Shown here piece by piece: positions 9,984 through 18,232 of a stretch of DNA of 64,000 nt. The stretch is from Phycisphaerae bacterium (lineage in GTDB: Bacteria > Planctomycetota > Phycisphaerae > SM23-33), in assembly GCA_046541415.1 (NCBI GenBank), contig JBKHDI010000001.1, positions 32,657 to 96,656 on the forward strand. The letters are read 5' to 3'. Position 1 is the stretch's first letter. Each line of letters opens with the position of its first letter. Under the pieces are notes generated by a model, which saw only the letters and a program-made list of their open reading frames with translations, did not search any database and was not told where the DNA came from. A program made the position numbers and the translations under genes.

Positions 9984-10406
9984 CTACTCCTTCGTTTCCT
10001 GGGGGATGTAGCCGATGTTGACGCGTTCTATGCCTGTCTTCTGACAAAGCACTGCGGTCTGGTTGAAGAACTTGTGATACGCGTTGGCATCGCAGCGGAG
10101 CAGCACCTTGCGGTCGGGGTTGTCCTGGACCTCGCGAGTCAGCAGTTCCTCCAGTTGCTTGTCGTCATAGAGCTTGCCGGCGATCTCCTTCTTGCCCTCT
10201 GCGGTGATATTGACAATCAACTGGTTCGGCGTGCTGGAAAGCGACTCATTGGCGCTGGCGCGGGTCAGCGTGATGTTCTGGTTGCGTTCCTCTTCGGCAA
10301 AGGTGGTGGCGACCAGGAAGAAGATCAGCAGCAGGAAGACCATGTCGATCAGCGGCATGAGGTTGGGCGGGTCTTCGGAATGGTCGGCTTTGTCACGGAT
10401 GCGCAT
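9984..10406 (-). CDS. biopolymer transport protein ExbD/TolR
   Basis: 140 aa. N-terminal TM (LMPLIDMVFLLLIFFLV) and ExbD/TolR fold sequence. AGGAGA RBS. Confidence 0.85.
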   Translation of the reverse strand: MRIRDKADHSEDPPNLMPLIDMVFLLLIFFLVATTFAEEERNQNITLTRASANESLSSTPNQLIVNITAEGKKEIAGKLYDDKQLEELLTREVQDNPDRKVLLRCDANAYHKFFNQTAVLCQKTGIERVNIGYIPQETKE

Positions 10407-10421
10407 GGTTGCGTCTCCTGT

Positions 10422-11243
10422 TTACGCCGTGGCCGGGGCGGTAGTGGGGGTCTGGTCGGGCTGGGCAGACGCAGGGGCCGGCTCTTCGATGACCAGCGCC
10501 CCTTCGATCAGCTCGACGGATTGCTCGTTCATCTCGTGGACCAGCCGTTCGATCCGCCCGAGGAAGAAGTAATAGAAGATCAGCACGGGAATCGCCACGA
10601 CCAGGCCGCCGAACGTGGTCACCAAGGCCTCGTAAATGCCCTTGGCCAGGCTGGTTGCGCGGCCCAGGCCCTGCTGGCTGGCGACCTGGAAGGCTTGGAT
10701 CATCCCCCAGACGGTCCCGACAAGCCCCAGCATCGGGGCGACTGCTGCGATCGCGTAGAGCATCCGCAGGTTCTTGCGCAGCTTGCTGACCTCGTGGGCT
10801 CCGGCGTCTTCGATGGCTTCCTCGATGGCCTTTTCGCCGCGGTGCATCTTGCGCAGTCCGGCCAGGGCCAGGCGGGCCAACGGGCTGTCATTGGCTCGGC
10901 AGTACTCCATTGCCTCCTTCCGGCCGGCCCCGCCACGATAGACCGACTGCAGTTGGGCCAGGAAGCCCGGCGGGATCACCCGCTTGCGCTGCAGGGCCAT
11001 GAACCGCTCGACGACGACCGCCGCGGCCAGCAGGCTGCAGGCGGCGATGGGGATCATGAACCAGCCGCCCTTGAGCAGGATCTCCAGGATCGACATTTCC
11101 TCGACCTGGGCCTGGTCGTCGTTGTTCTTGGTCTCCGGCGCTGCCTCGGCAGGCTGGGCCACCGCGGCGGACGCGACGGTAAAGAGGATGGCTGCGAGCA
11201 GGAATGTCGCTGAGCGGCGGATGATTCGGCTGCGGGTATTCAC
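10422..11243 (-). CDS. MotA/TolQ/ExbB proton-channel family protein
   Basis: Three TM segments and conserved MotA/ExbB C-terminal region (LGLVGTVWGMIQAF...GGLVVAIPVLIFYYFF). GTG start with AGGAGA RBS. Confidence 0.85.
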   Translation of the reverse strand: MNTRSRIIRRSATFLLAAILFTVASAAVAQPAEAAPETKNNDDQAQVEEMSILEILLKGGWFMIPIAACSLLAAAVVVERFMALQRKRVIPPGFLAQLQSVYRGGAGRKEAMEYCRANDSPLARLALAGLRKMHRGEKAIEEAIEDAGAHEVSKLRKNLRMLYAIAAVAPMLGLVGTVWGMIQAFQVASQQGLGRATSLAKGIYEALVTTFGGLVVAIPVLIFYYFFLGRIERLVHEMNEQSVELIEGALVIEEPAPASAQPDQTPTTAPATA

Positions 11244-11267
11244 GTCTGTCTCCTGTCAGGACTATGT

Positions 11268-14200
11268 TTACTGTTTCAGTTCGGCCAGTCGTTTTCGGGC
11301 GGCTGCGGCGATGGTCTGGTCCTTGTAGTCCTCGACCACGCGGGTGTACTGGCCGATGGCCTCGGACTTGCGCCCCAGCTTCTCCAGAACCCGACCTGCC
11401 TCGTAGAGGGCGTTGGCAGTCCACTTGTCGTAGCCGTAGACGTCGCCGACGACGTAGAAGGCGTCCAGGGCTTCTTTGAGCTTGCCCTCCTCGAAGAAGC
11501 ACTCGCCGAGCTGGAACTGGGCTTTGGCGGCGGTTTCGCCCTGGTGGTCGGAGTCGGCGATCTTCGCGTACCAGTTGCGGGCGTCGGAGTATTTCCGCTG
11601 GTTTTGCAAAGCCCAGCCCGTGCCGTACAGCGCGATGTGCTTGAACTCGTGCTTGTCGAACTTCTTGAGATACTCCTGCCAGGCCTTCAGTGCGTCGCCG
11701 TAGTGGTTCTGCATTTCGCGCACCTCGCCGAGCTTCAGCAGGGCGAACGGTTCCAGATCATCCGCCTTGCCGCTTTGCAGCAGCGTTTCGAGCATGCTCT
11801 CGGCGGTCTGGAAATCCCGGACTTCCTGGGCGGCCAGGCTGCCCTGGTACAGTGCCGACGGGGTCTGCTCGCTGTCGGCATGCGCCTTGGCGTAGGCAGC
11901 AAAGGCGTCGCGCGCCTTGGCCGGCTGATCCAGTTTCTGATAGCACCATCCCTGCCGGTACAGGGCGACTTTTCGCACGGCCGGCGGGGCGGACTCATCG
12001 GCCAGCACCTTTGTCAGCAGTCCCAGAGCTTCGTCGAACTTTTCGCGGGCATAGAGCAGTTCGGCCAGTTCGGCCCGGGCCGGGGTGGCCAGGGGCCCTT
12101 CGGGGAACTTCTCCAGCAGCTTGCGGTAGGATTCGACGGACTGTTCCCTCTGGCCGGAGTCTTTCTGGGCCCAGGCCAGTTCGTACATCGTCTGCTGTGT
12201 GGCGCGTTTGTCGTTGCTGGCCAGTTCGGCCAGGACATCGGCGGCCTTGTCGTGCTGCCCCATTTCCGCCAGGCACGTGCCCACGAGGCGAGCCGCCTGG
12301 TCGTTGTCTTTGGCCAGTTCGCGGAAGATCGGCAGGGCCTTGTCGGGCTCACCGGCCAGGCGCAGGGCCTCTGCCTGGCGGAATCGTGCCTCGCCGCGGT
12401 TGGCGCTGTCGGGGTAGTCCTCGGCAAAGCGGCCAAACCGTTCGGCGGCCGTCTTGTATTCCTTGGCATCGTAGGCGATCCACCCCCGGAGCAACTGGGC
12501 CGAGGCGGTCACCGGCTTGGGCGCCTTGGCCTGGATGATCCGTTCGAGCAGTTTCTCGGCCGGTTCGGGCTGATCCTTCTGGTAGTGGATCTCAGCCAGC
12601 TCGAACCAGGCGTAGGGGACGATGGCCGACTCCTGGGCTTTGACCTTCTCGAAAGGTTCGAGGACTTTGGCAGCCTCGTCCTGTTTGTCCGCGCGGCGCA
12701 GGGCGCGGGCGAGGTAGTAGCGGCCTTCGAGCCGTCCTGCCTTGGCTTCGCTGCGAACGAAGCGGTGGAGGATGTCGGCGGCTTGGGCGGGCTGGTCGGT
12801 CTTCAGCAGGGCCTGGCCGAGGTAGAGCATGGCCTGCCTGCCGATGCGGTCGTCGCCGGCGGATTTTTGCTCGGCGACGGGTTTGAGCACGTCGATGGCC
12901 TTCTTGCTGTCTCCGACCAGAAATGCGCTCTGCCCGCGACGCAGGGCGAAGCGGCGGGCATTGTCGCCTTCGGCCGAGGCTGCCAGCCGGCTGAATGTCT
13001 TGGCGGCCTGGTCGTACTGTCCGAGCGTGAAGTGACACTCGGCGGCCAATTCAGCGGCCGGACCGGCCATGGGGTGGTCATCCTGTCGGGCGATTTTCTC
13101 GGCCAGTTCGATCGCCTCCTTCGTCTTGCCCGCCTGCTGGAGGCACCAGGCGCGGCGGTAGGCGGCGTCGGGGGCGTAGGGACTCTGGGCGTGACGTTCG
13201 GTGACGGTTTTGAAGTCCTCGGCAGCCTGGGCGTGCTGGCCCAGCTTCATCCGGCAGGTGGCCAGATCGTATCGGGCGGCGGCTTCTTCGGGCAGGTTGC
13301 CCTTGCTGTCCAACACCTCGTCCAGCAGCTTGGCGGCTGCATCGTGGTCATCCTTGGCCATGCGGGCCCGGGCCAGCCAGTATCGTCCGCGGCGGCTGCG
13401 GTCCTTGTCCGATTTGATGACCTGCTGGAAGGTGCGGGCGGCATCGTCCGCCTTGCCGGCCTTGAGTTGCGAGATCCCCATCTGGAATCGACCGGCCGGG
13501 GCGTACGGGCCTTCGTGGGTCTTGAGCAGCTGCTCGAAGGCCTCGACGGCGTCGCTATGCTTGCCGGCCCGCTGCAGCGCGACAGCCAGGCTGTAGCGTC
13601 CGTCGGCCTTGCGGCCCTCGTCGGCGCGGTCGATCAGTTTTCGGTAGGCGGCCAGGGCTTTGTCGGTCTGGCCGGCTGCTTCGTAAGACTGGCCCGCCAG
13701 CAAGAGGGCGTTGAGCAGGTAGGGGCTGTTCTCGACGGCGGCGACGGCCTGGAAGCTCTCGGCTGCGGCAGCGGGATTGCCGCTTTTTCGCTGCGACAGA
13801 CCTTTGTAGTACAGCACGCCCGTGCGGTAGCCGCTGTCCTTGTGCTTCTTGAGAAAGTCATCCGCCTTCTTGGTCGCCTCGTCGGTCTTGTCCATCTGGT
13901 AGAGCAGGCGTACGATGTTCAGACCGGCCAGTTCAGCCAGGGGATTGTCGGGATGCTTTCCGGCCAGTTCCCCGAACGCCTCCAGGGCCCCGTTCATGTC
14001 GTTGCGGGCCATGCGAGACTGGCCCAGCAGGGCGCGGGCCTCGGGGGCCTGCTGGAAGTCCTTGGATCGGATCGCCTCGATCAGCTGGCGCTCGGCCTCG
14101 GGGTACTTCTTGAGCTGGTAGAGGCTGATGCCCAGGCCATATCGCGCCGCCGCACGATCCCGGTGATCCTTGAAGCGGGAGAGGAACTCTTCGTACTGCG

Positions 14201-14354
14201 TGGCGGCTGTTTCGTAGCGCTTGGCCCTGAGGCTGCCGTTGGCGGCCAGGAGCTTCTTCGCCGCGGCGGTCTGGTCCTGTCCCTGCACCGACCAGGCCGG
14301 GAGCAGCAGGGCTGCTGCGAAAAGAAGAACCGCCCATTGTGCCTGTTTCCGCAT
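11268..14354 (-). CDS. secreted tetratricopeptide-repeat protein (~1028 aa, signal peptide)
   Basis: Signal peptide MRKQAQWAVLLFAAALLLPAWSVQG. Dozens of 34-residue TPR-like units (A..Y..G..Y...G...A pattern) throughout. First gene of the ExbBD operon. Confidence 0.75.
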   Translation of the reverse strand: MRKQAQWAVLLFAAALLLPAWSVQGQDQTAAAKKLLAANGSLRAKRYETAATQYEEFLSRFKDHRDRAAARYGLGISLYQLKKYPEAERQLIEAIRSKDFQQAPEARALLGQSRMARNDMNGALEAFGELAGKHPDNPLAELAGLNIVRLLYQMDKTDEATKKADDFLKKHKDSGYRTGVLYYKGLSQRKSGNPAAAAESFQAVAAVENSPYLLNALLLAGQSYEAAGQTDKALAAYRKLIDRADEGRKADGRYSLAVALQRAGKHSDAVEAFEQLLKTHEGPYAPAGRFQMGISQLKAGKADDAARTFQQVIKSDKDRSRRGRYWLARARMAKDDHDAAAKLLDEVLDSKGNLPEEAAARYDLATCRMKLGQHAQAAEDFKTVTERHAQSPYAPDAAYRRAWCLQQAGKTKEAIELAEKIARQDDHPMAGPAAELAAECHFTLGQYDQAAKTFSRLAASAEGDNARRFALRRGQSAFLVGDSKKAIDVLKPVAEQKSAGDDRIGRQAMLYLGQALLKTDQPAQAADILHRFVRSEAKAGRLEGRYYLARALRRADKQDEAAKVLEPFEKVKAQESAIVPYAWFELAEIHYQKDQPEPAEKLLERIIQAKAPKPVTASAQLLRGWIAYDAKEYKTAAERFGRFAEDYPDSANRGEARFRQAEALRLAGEPDKALPIFRELAKDNDQAARLVGTCLAEMGQHDKAADVLAELASNDKRATQQTMYELAWAQKDSGQREQSVESYRKLLEKFPEGPLATPARAELAELLYAREKFDEALGLLTKVLADESAPPAVRKVALYRQGWCYQKLDQPAKARDAFAAYAKAHADSEQTPSALYQGSLAAQEVRDFQTAESMLETLLQSGKADDLEPFALLKLGEVREMQNHYGDALKAWQEYLKKFDKHEFKHIALYGTGWALQNQRKYSDARNWYAKIADSDHQGETAAKAQFQLGECFFEEGKLKEALDAFYVVGDVYGYDKWTANALYEAGRVLEKLGRKSEAIGQYTRVVEDYKDQTIAAAARKRLAELKQ

Positions 14355-14405
14355 CGTTTTATCTCCAGGCAATCAGAAGAACAACATGAAGGCGCCGGCC
14401 CGTCG

Positions 14406-14419
14406 AAGGCCGCGGCCTT
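14406..14419. repeat. perfect 14-bp palindrome AAGGCCGCGGCCTT between AEC transporter 3' end and TPR-operon start
   Basis: Read directly. Possible terminator stem/operator. Confidence 0.4.
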
Positions 14420-14505
14420 GCCGGTTTCCCCGAACCTCCTCCGGGGACGACAATTGCAGATACAACAGACAGCAGCGGGAAAGGTGACGTAGCAATTGGC
14501 CCAAA

Positions 14506-15552
14506 TCAGCCCATGGCAAAACCGGGCAGAATCTGGCCTTGGGCCAAGAAGATCACCAGCGTCACCGTCACCGGGGAAAGCAGCGTCGAGTAGAGCACGG
14601 CGCGGGCGGCGTAGTCGGGGTGGTTATCGAACTCCATGTTCAGCAGCATGCAGTTGACGGCCGTGGGAGAACTGGTGGAGATCAGCAGCATCTGGGCCTT
14701 GAAGCCCTCCAGGCCGAAGAGGTAGACCAGGCCGACGCCGATCGCCGGACCGGCCAGCAGACGCAGGGCGACCGACCAGCGGACGGGGTATTTCGGCCCA
14801 CCGGGGCGGACCAGGGCCAGCTGGGCCCCGAGCGTCAGCAGGGCGACGGGGACAAACGCGTTCTTGACGTAGACCAGGAACGCCCAGAAGGGGCTGAGGG
14901 CATCGGCGGCGGGCCCGGCAGTCTCTCCCAACAGTCCCCGGACGTAGTTGGTGGTAAGTCCGGCAGCCAGCGCGTAGATCGGCGGGAACTTCAGGATGGC
15001 CATCAGGTTCTTGCGCCAACAGGCGCCCTTGCCCCCCGCGGCAATCAGCACGCCGACAGTGAAGGTGAAGAAGTTCTGCGTGATCATCACGTAGGCTTGC
15101 ATGGTCGCAGCCTGGGCGGAGAGGTCCTGGCCGTCGATGGTTTGTCCTTCGAAGGCAAACTTCTGCAGCGGCAGGCCGAAATTGCCAGAGTTGTGCAGGA
15201 TCGTCGTCAGGACCATCACGCTGATCTGGTCTCTCGGCACGCCGCGCAGCAGTGCGACCAGGACCGTCAGCACGGCCATGGCCGCCAGCAGCGACACGGC
15301 GAAGCCAACAACCTGCAGGGCCTGCAGCGGGGATACCGTCGAGGTGACGATCGAGTAGTAGATAATGCCCGGCATGACGAAGTAGAAGTTCAACCGCTTG
15401 AGCGTGAGCATCTCCAGGCCGAGCCTACGCTGCATGAAGAAGCCCGTGGCCGCCAGCAGCAGAACAGGCAGGACGATGTCATAGAAGATGTAAGCCAGCT
15501 GTGCGGGCAACTGGGGCAGTTGCTCGATCAGGTTGGCCAGGCAGTTGTCCAT
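14506..15552 (-). CDS. AEC family transporter (auxin efflux carrier/malate permease-like)
   Basis: 10 predicted TM helices, two-repeat AEC topology, 348 aa. Confidence 0.75.
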   Translation of the reverse strand: MDNCLANLIEQLPQLPAQLAYIFYDIVLPVLLLAATGFFMQRRLGLEMLTLKRLNFYFVMPGIIYYSIVTSTVSPLQALQVVGFAVSLLAAMAVLTVLVALLRGVPRDQISVMVLTTILHNSGNFGLPLQKFAFEGQTIDGQDLSAQAATMQAYVMITQNFFTFTVGVLIAAGGKGACWRKNLMAILKFPPIYALAAGLTTNYVRGLLGETAGPAADALSPFWAFLVYVKNAFVPVALLTLGAQLALVRPGGPKYPVRWSVALRLLAGPAIGVGLVYLFGLEGFKAQMLLISTSSPTAVNCMLLNMEFDNHPDYAARAVLYSTLLSPVTVTLVIFLAQGQILPGFAMG

Positions 15553-15620
15553 GGGGGGCCCTTACAAGGGGGTCTCAGGGCCCGAGATGATACGGCGATT
15601 CGCCCGGCCGGTCCAGAAAT

Positions 15621-15660
15621 GAAAAAACGCGGGGCCCATGGCTTTTGGCCGGACCCCGCG
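15621..15660 (-). terminator. intrinsic-terminator-like hairpin on minus strand (CGCGGGG..CCCCGCG + TTTTTTC) 70 nt upstream of AEC start
   Basis: Minus strand reads CGCGGGGTCCGGCCAAAAGCCATGGGCCCCGCG followed by TTTTTTC. No gene ends here. Confidence 0.4.
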
Positions 15661-15845
15661 CTTCTTGGGAAAGGAAAGTTGGGCTTTCCGTTACAGGGAA
15701 CCTACGATCCGGCCACGCCGGGGGCCAACTCCCGGGGGCAGAAATCTGCCAGATCTGCAGTCGGCCATGCGTCAGGGGACAAAATGACAGCGGCGATGCC
15801 AGGGATTCGTGTTACAAGTCATGATTGTAAAAACTTTTGCGAGTC

Positions 15846-15861
15846 TGGCATGGGCTTTGCA
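15846..15861 (+). promoter_or_regulatory. sigma54-type -24/-12 element TGGCATGGGCTTTGCA upstream of tandem hsp20 genes
   Basis: Matches TGGCACG-N4-TTGCW at 15 of 16 constrained positions with correct GG/GC spacing. 124 nt upstream of hsp20 start. Confidence 0.45.
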
Positions 15862-15984
15862 TTTTCATTCTGGTGCAGACGTGGGCCCGCTGGGAGGGCT
15901 CCTTACGATCGAGAAACCTTCGGCCGTAGCGGACCTGCTTCGGGACCCTCCGGCCGCCATGAAAAGCAAGGAAGGAGAAACGAC

Positions 15985-16431
15985 ATGACGCGTTTGAAAT
16001 GGTCAGGTTGGGATCCCTTCGGGGGTCTGAAACTCATGCAGCGTGAGATGCAACGCCTCGTCGACCGGACGTTCACGGGGGAATCCCGTTACGTCGGCGG
16101 CGGGATGTATCCGCCGGTCAACGTATACGAGGGGCAGGACGACACGCTCGTGCAGATCGAACTGCCCGGCGTGGCCGAGGACGAGATCGACCTGTCGATC
16201 ACCGGCGAGACGCTGACGATCAAGGGCAAGAAGAACTTCGTCGGCGACGAGGACCAAGATCGCCGCTACCAGCGTCGCGAACGCTGGGCCGGCGAGTTCT
16301 CCCGGACCATCGTTCTGCCCGAAAAGGTCGAGGCCGACGAAGTCGAGGCCAAACTCACCGACGGTGTGCTGACGGTCCGCCTGCCGCGGGCCGAGGCGGC
16401 CAAACCCAAGAAAATCGCGGTCCAACTGTAA
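15985..16431 (+). CDS. Hsp20/alpha-crystallin family small heat-shock protein
   Basis: ACD motifs (PPVNVYEGQDDTLVQIELPGV..., GVLTVRLPRAEAAKPKKIAV). GGAGGAGAAACGAC ATG RBS. Track ORF 14539..16431 is a GC-driven 5' extension. Confidence 0.88.
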   Translation: MTRLKWSGWDPFGGLKLMQREMQRLVDRTFTGESRYVGGGMYPPVNVYEGQDDTLVQIELPGVAEDEIDLSITGETLTIKGKKNFVGDEDQDRRYQRRERWAGEFSRTIVLPEKVEADEVEAKLTDGVLTVRLPRAEAAKPKKIAVQL

Positions 16432-16444
16432 CAGGAGGCCGATC

Positions 16445-16864
16445 ATGACCGAAATGCAGACACAAAAGAACAACGACGACGTCCTCTCGGTAAACGCATC
16501 CCGGACCAAGGATGACTACGACACGGAAAACACCGTAAGCCCCCTCGTAGACATCTACGAGACCGAGGACGGCACGACGATTCTGACTGCCGAAATGCCC
16601 GGCGCAAGTTCCGATTCGCTGGACGTGCAGGTAGAGAAGGGCGTATTGACGATTACCGCACAGGCCCAGCCCCTCCAGCCCGAGGGTGACTACCGCCTGA
16701 CCTACGGCGGGTTCGGCACGGGACGCTACCACCGCGCGTTCGCCCTGAGCGACGAAATCGACCGGGACAACATCGACGCTCAATTCGAAAAGGGCGTTCT
16801 GACGCTGAAACTGCCCCGGGCCGAGCAGGCCAAGACCCGGAAGATCGCGATCAAGACGTCCTGA
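16445..16864 (+). CDS. Hsp20/alpha-crystallin family small heat-shock protein (second paralog)
   Basis: ACD motifs (VDIYETEDGTTILTAEMPG, GVLTLKLPRAEQAKTRKIAI). AGGAGG RBS. 13 nt after first hsp20. Confidence 0.88.
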   Translation: MTEMQTQKNNDDVLSVNASRTKDDYDTENTVSPLVDIYETEDGTTILTAEMPGASSDSLDVQVEKGVLTITAQAQPLQPEGDYRLTYGGFGTGRYHRAFALSDEIDRDNIDAQFEKGVLTLKLPRAEQAKTRKIAIKTS

Positions 16865-16894
16865 AACAACATCTGTTGATCCGAACCACAAGCA

Positions 16895-16934
16895 CTGGCC
16901 GGAGCGGATCGCCGCCCCGGCCAGTTCGCGTTTT
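16895..16934 (+). terminator. intrinsic terminator after hsp20 pair (CTGGCCGG-N14-CCGGCCAG + TTCGCGTTTT)
   Basis: 8-bp GC stem and downstream T-tract read directly. Confidence 0.45.
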
Positions 16935-17060
16935 GCCCAGGCGATGGCAAAGTTGACTTCCACTTGCCCGGGACATATCATTCATCAGTCGTCTATGTGA
17001 CCAGCAAAACAAGTATTTATCGTACGATACAAACGATTTCGTGCAGAAGGGATCAGGCAG

Positions 17061-17393
17061 ATGGCATCCGACAAAGTACTGGAACTGACCGACGAGAATT
17101 TCGAGCAGGAAGTGGCCAACTACGACGGCGTGGCCCTGGTGGACTTCTGGGCCGAGTGGTGCATGCCCTGCAAGATGCTCGCGCCGACCATCGACGAAAT
17201 CGCCGGTGAGTACGAAGGCAAGGCCAAGGTCGGCAAGGTCGACACCGACAACAGTCGCGAAACCGCGATGAAGTTCGGCATCTCGGCGATTCCGACGGTC
17301 ATCCTCTTCAAGAACGGGCAAGTGGCCAAGAAGTTCGTCGGCCTGCAGCAGAAGGGCGAACTGACCAGCGCCATCGACGAAGCCCTGGCCTGA
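17061..17393 (+). CDS. trxA: thioredoxin with atypical WCMPCK active site
   Basis: Thioredoxin fold sequence (DFWAEWCMPCKMLAPTIDE, AIPTVILFKNGQ). Active-site dipeptide Met-Pro instead of Gly-Pro, confirmed at codon level. Confidence 0.85.
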   Translation: MASDKVLELTDENFEQEVANYDGVALVDFWAEWCMPCKMLAPTIDEIAGEYEGKAKVGKVDTDNSRETAMKFGISAIPTVILFKNGQVAKKFVGLQQKGELTSAIDEALA

Positions 17394-17413
17394 TCATTCC
17401 AGCCGATCCGAAC

Positions 17414-18100
17414 ATGTTGACACTGGACAGAGAGCAGATCCGCCGGATCGACCAGTACGCCATCGAGACGCTGGGCATACCCGGACTGATCCTGATGGAA
17501 AACGCCGGGCGCAACGCGACCGACGCGATCTGCCAACACCTCGGGCAGGTCGAGGGCAGGCGTGTGGCCATCGTCGCCGGCAAGGGCAACAACGGCGGGG
17601 ACGGTTTCGTCGTCGCCCGCCACCTGGCGATCCGCGGCGCAAAGCCCGAGGTCTTCCTGACGACCGAGGCAGAGGCCCTCTCCGGCGACGCGGAAGTCAA
17701 TTACAACGCAGCCCGCGCCGTAAAGATCCCGATCCACATCACCAACGAAGACAACACGATCCGCGGGCTTGCAGAGCAACTCAACGCCTTCGACCTGGTC
17801 GTCGACGCGGTGGGGGGAACGGGAATCACCGGGGCACTGCGGGGATCGATGGCCTCGGTGGTCGAGCAGATCAACCAGGCGGGGGTGGCCGTGGCGGCCA
17901 TTGACATCCCCACCGGGCTGGACGCCGATACCGGACAGGCTGAGGGACCGGCCGTGCGGGCCCAGTTGACCGTTACCTTTGCCGCCCGCAAGAGCGGCTT
18001 CGACGCCGACGGTGCCCAGGCCTACACGGGCCGCATCGTCCTGGCGGATATCGGCATCGACGCCGGGCAGATCCACCGACTGGCCGACAGCGGGGCCTGA
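17414..18100 (+). CDS. NAD(P)H-hydrate epimerase (YjeF N-terminal domain only)
   Basis: YjeF_N motifs (VAIVAGKGNNGGDGFVVARHL). 228 aa, no C-terminal dehydratase domain. Confidence 0.75.
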   Translation: MLTLDREQIRRIDQYAIETLGIPGLILMENAGRNATDAICQHLGQVEGRRVAIVAGKGNNGGDGFVVARHLAIRGAKPEVFLTTEAEALSGDAEVNYNAARAVKIPIHITNEDNTIRGLAEQLNAFDLVVDAVGGTGITGALRGSMASVVEQINQAGVAVAAIDIPTGLDADTGQAEGPAVRAQLTVTFAARKSGFDADGAQAYTGRIVLADIGIDAGQIHRLADSGA

Positions 18101-18131
18101 GACGGCTATCAGCAGATCAAAAACGCCGGAA

Positions 18132-18166
18132 AAGCGCTTCTAAGCGGGCTCCGCAGCCCGTATAAT
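18132..18166 (+). promoter_or_regulatory. putative sigma70-type promoter for fba (perfect -10 TATAAT at 18161-18166, weak -35 TTCTAA, 17-nt spacer)
   Basis: Read directly. ~65 nt upstream of fba ATG. Confidence 0.3.
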
Positions 18167-18232
18167 CCCAAGCCCTGACGATTTCCCACCTTCTCAGGTG
18201 TACGCGTAAACCCCAAGAAAAGAGAGACAAAC

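Noticed and set aside
11544-14492. 982-aa plus-strand ORF antisense to the TPR gene
   Set aside because: GC-driven shadow ORF (Gly/Leu/Val/Arg-rich, no domains). TPR gene on minus strand is well supported with signal peptide and RBS.
14539-16431. 630-aa plus-strand ORF fused to the first hsp20
   Set aside because: 5' 480 residues are antisense to the AEC transporter and cross the intergenic region. Real hsp20 starts at ATG 15985 with a GGAGGAG RBS.
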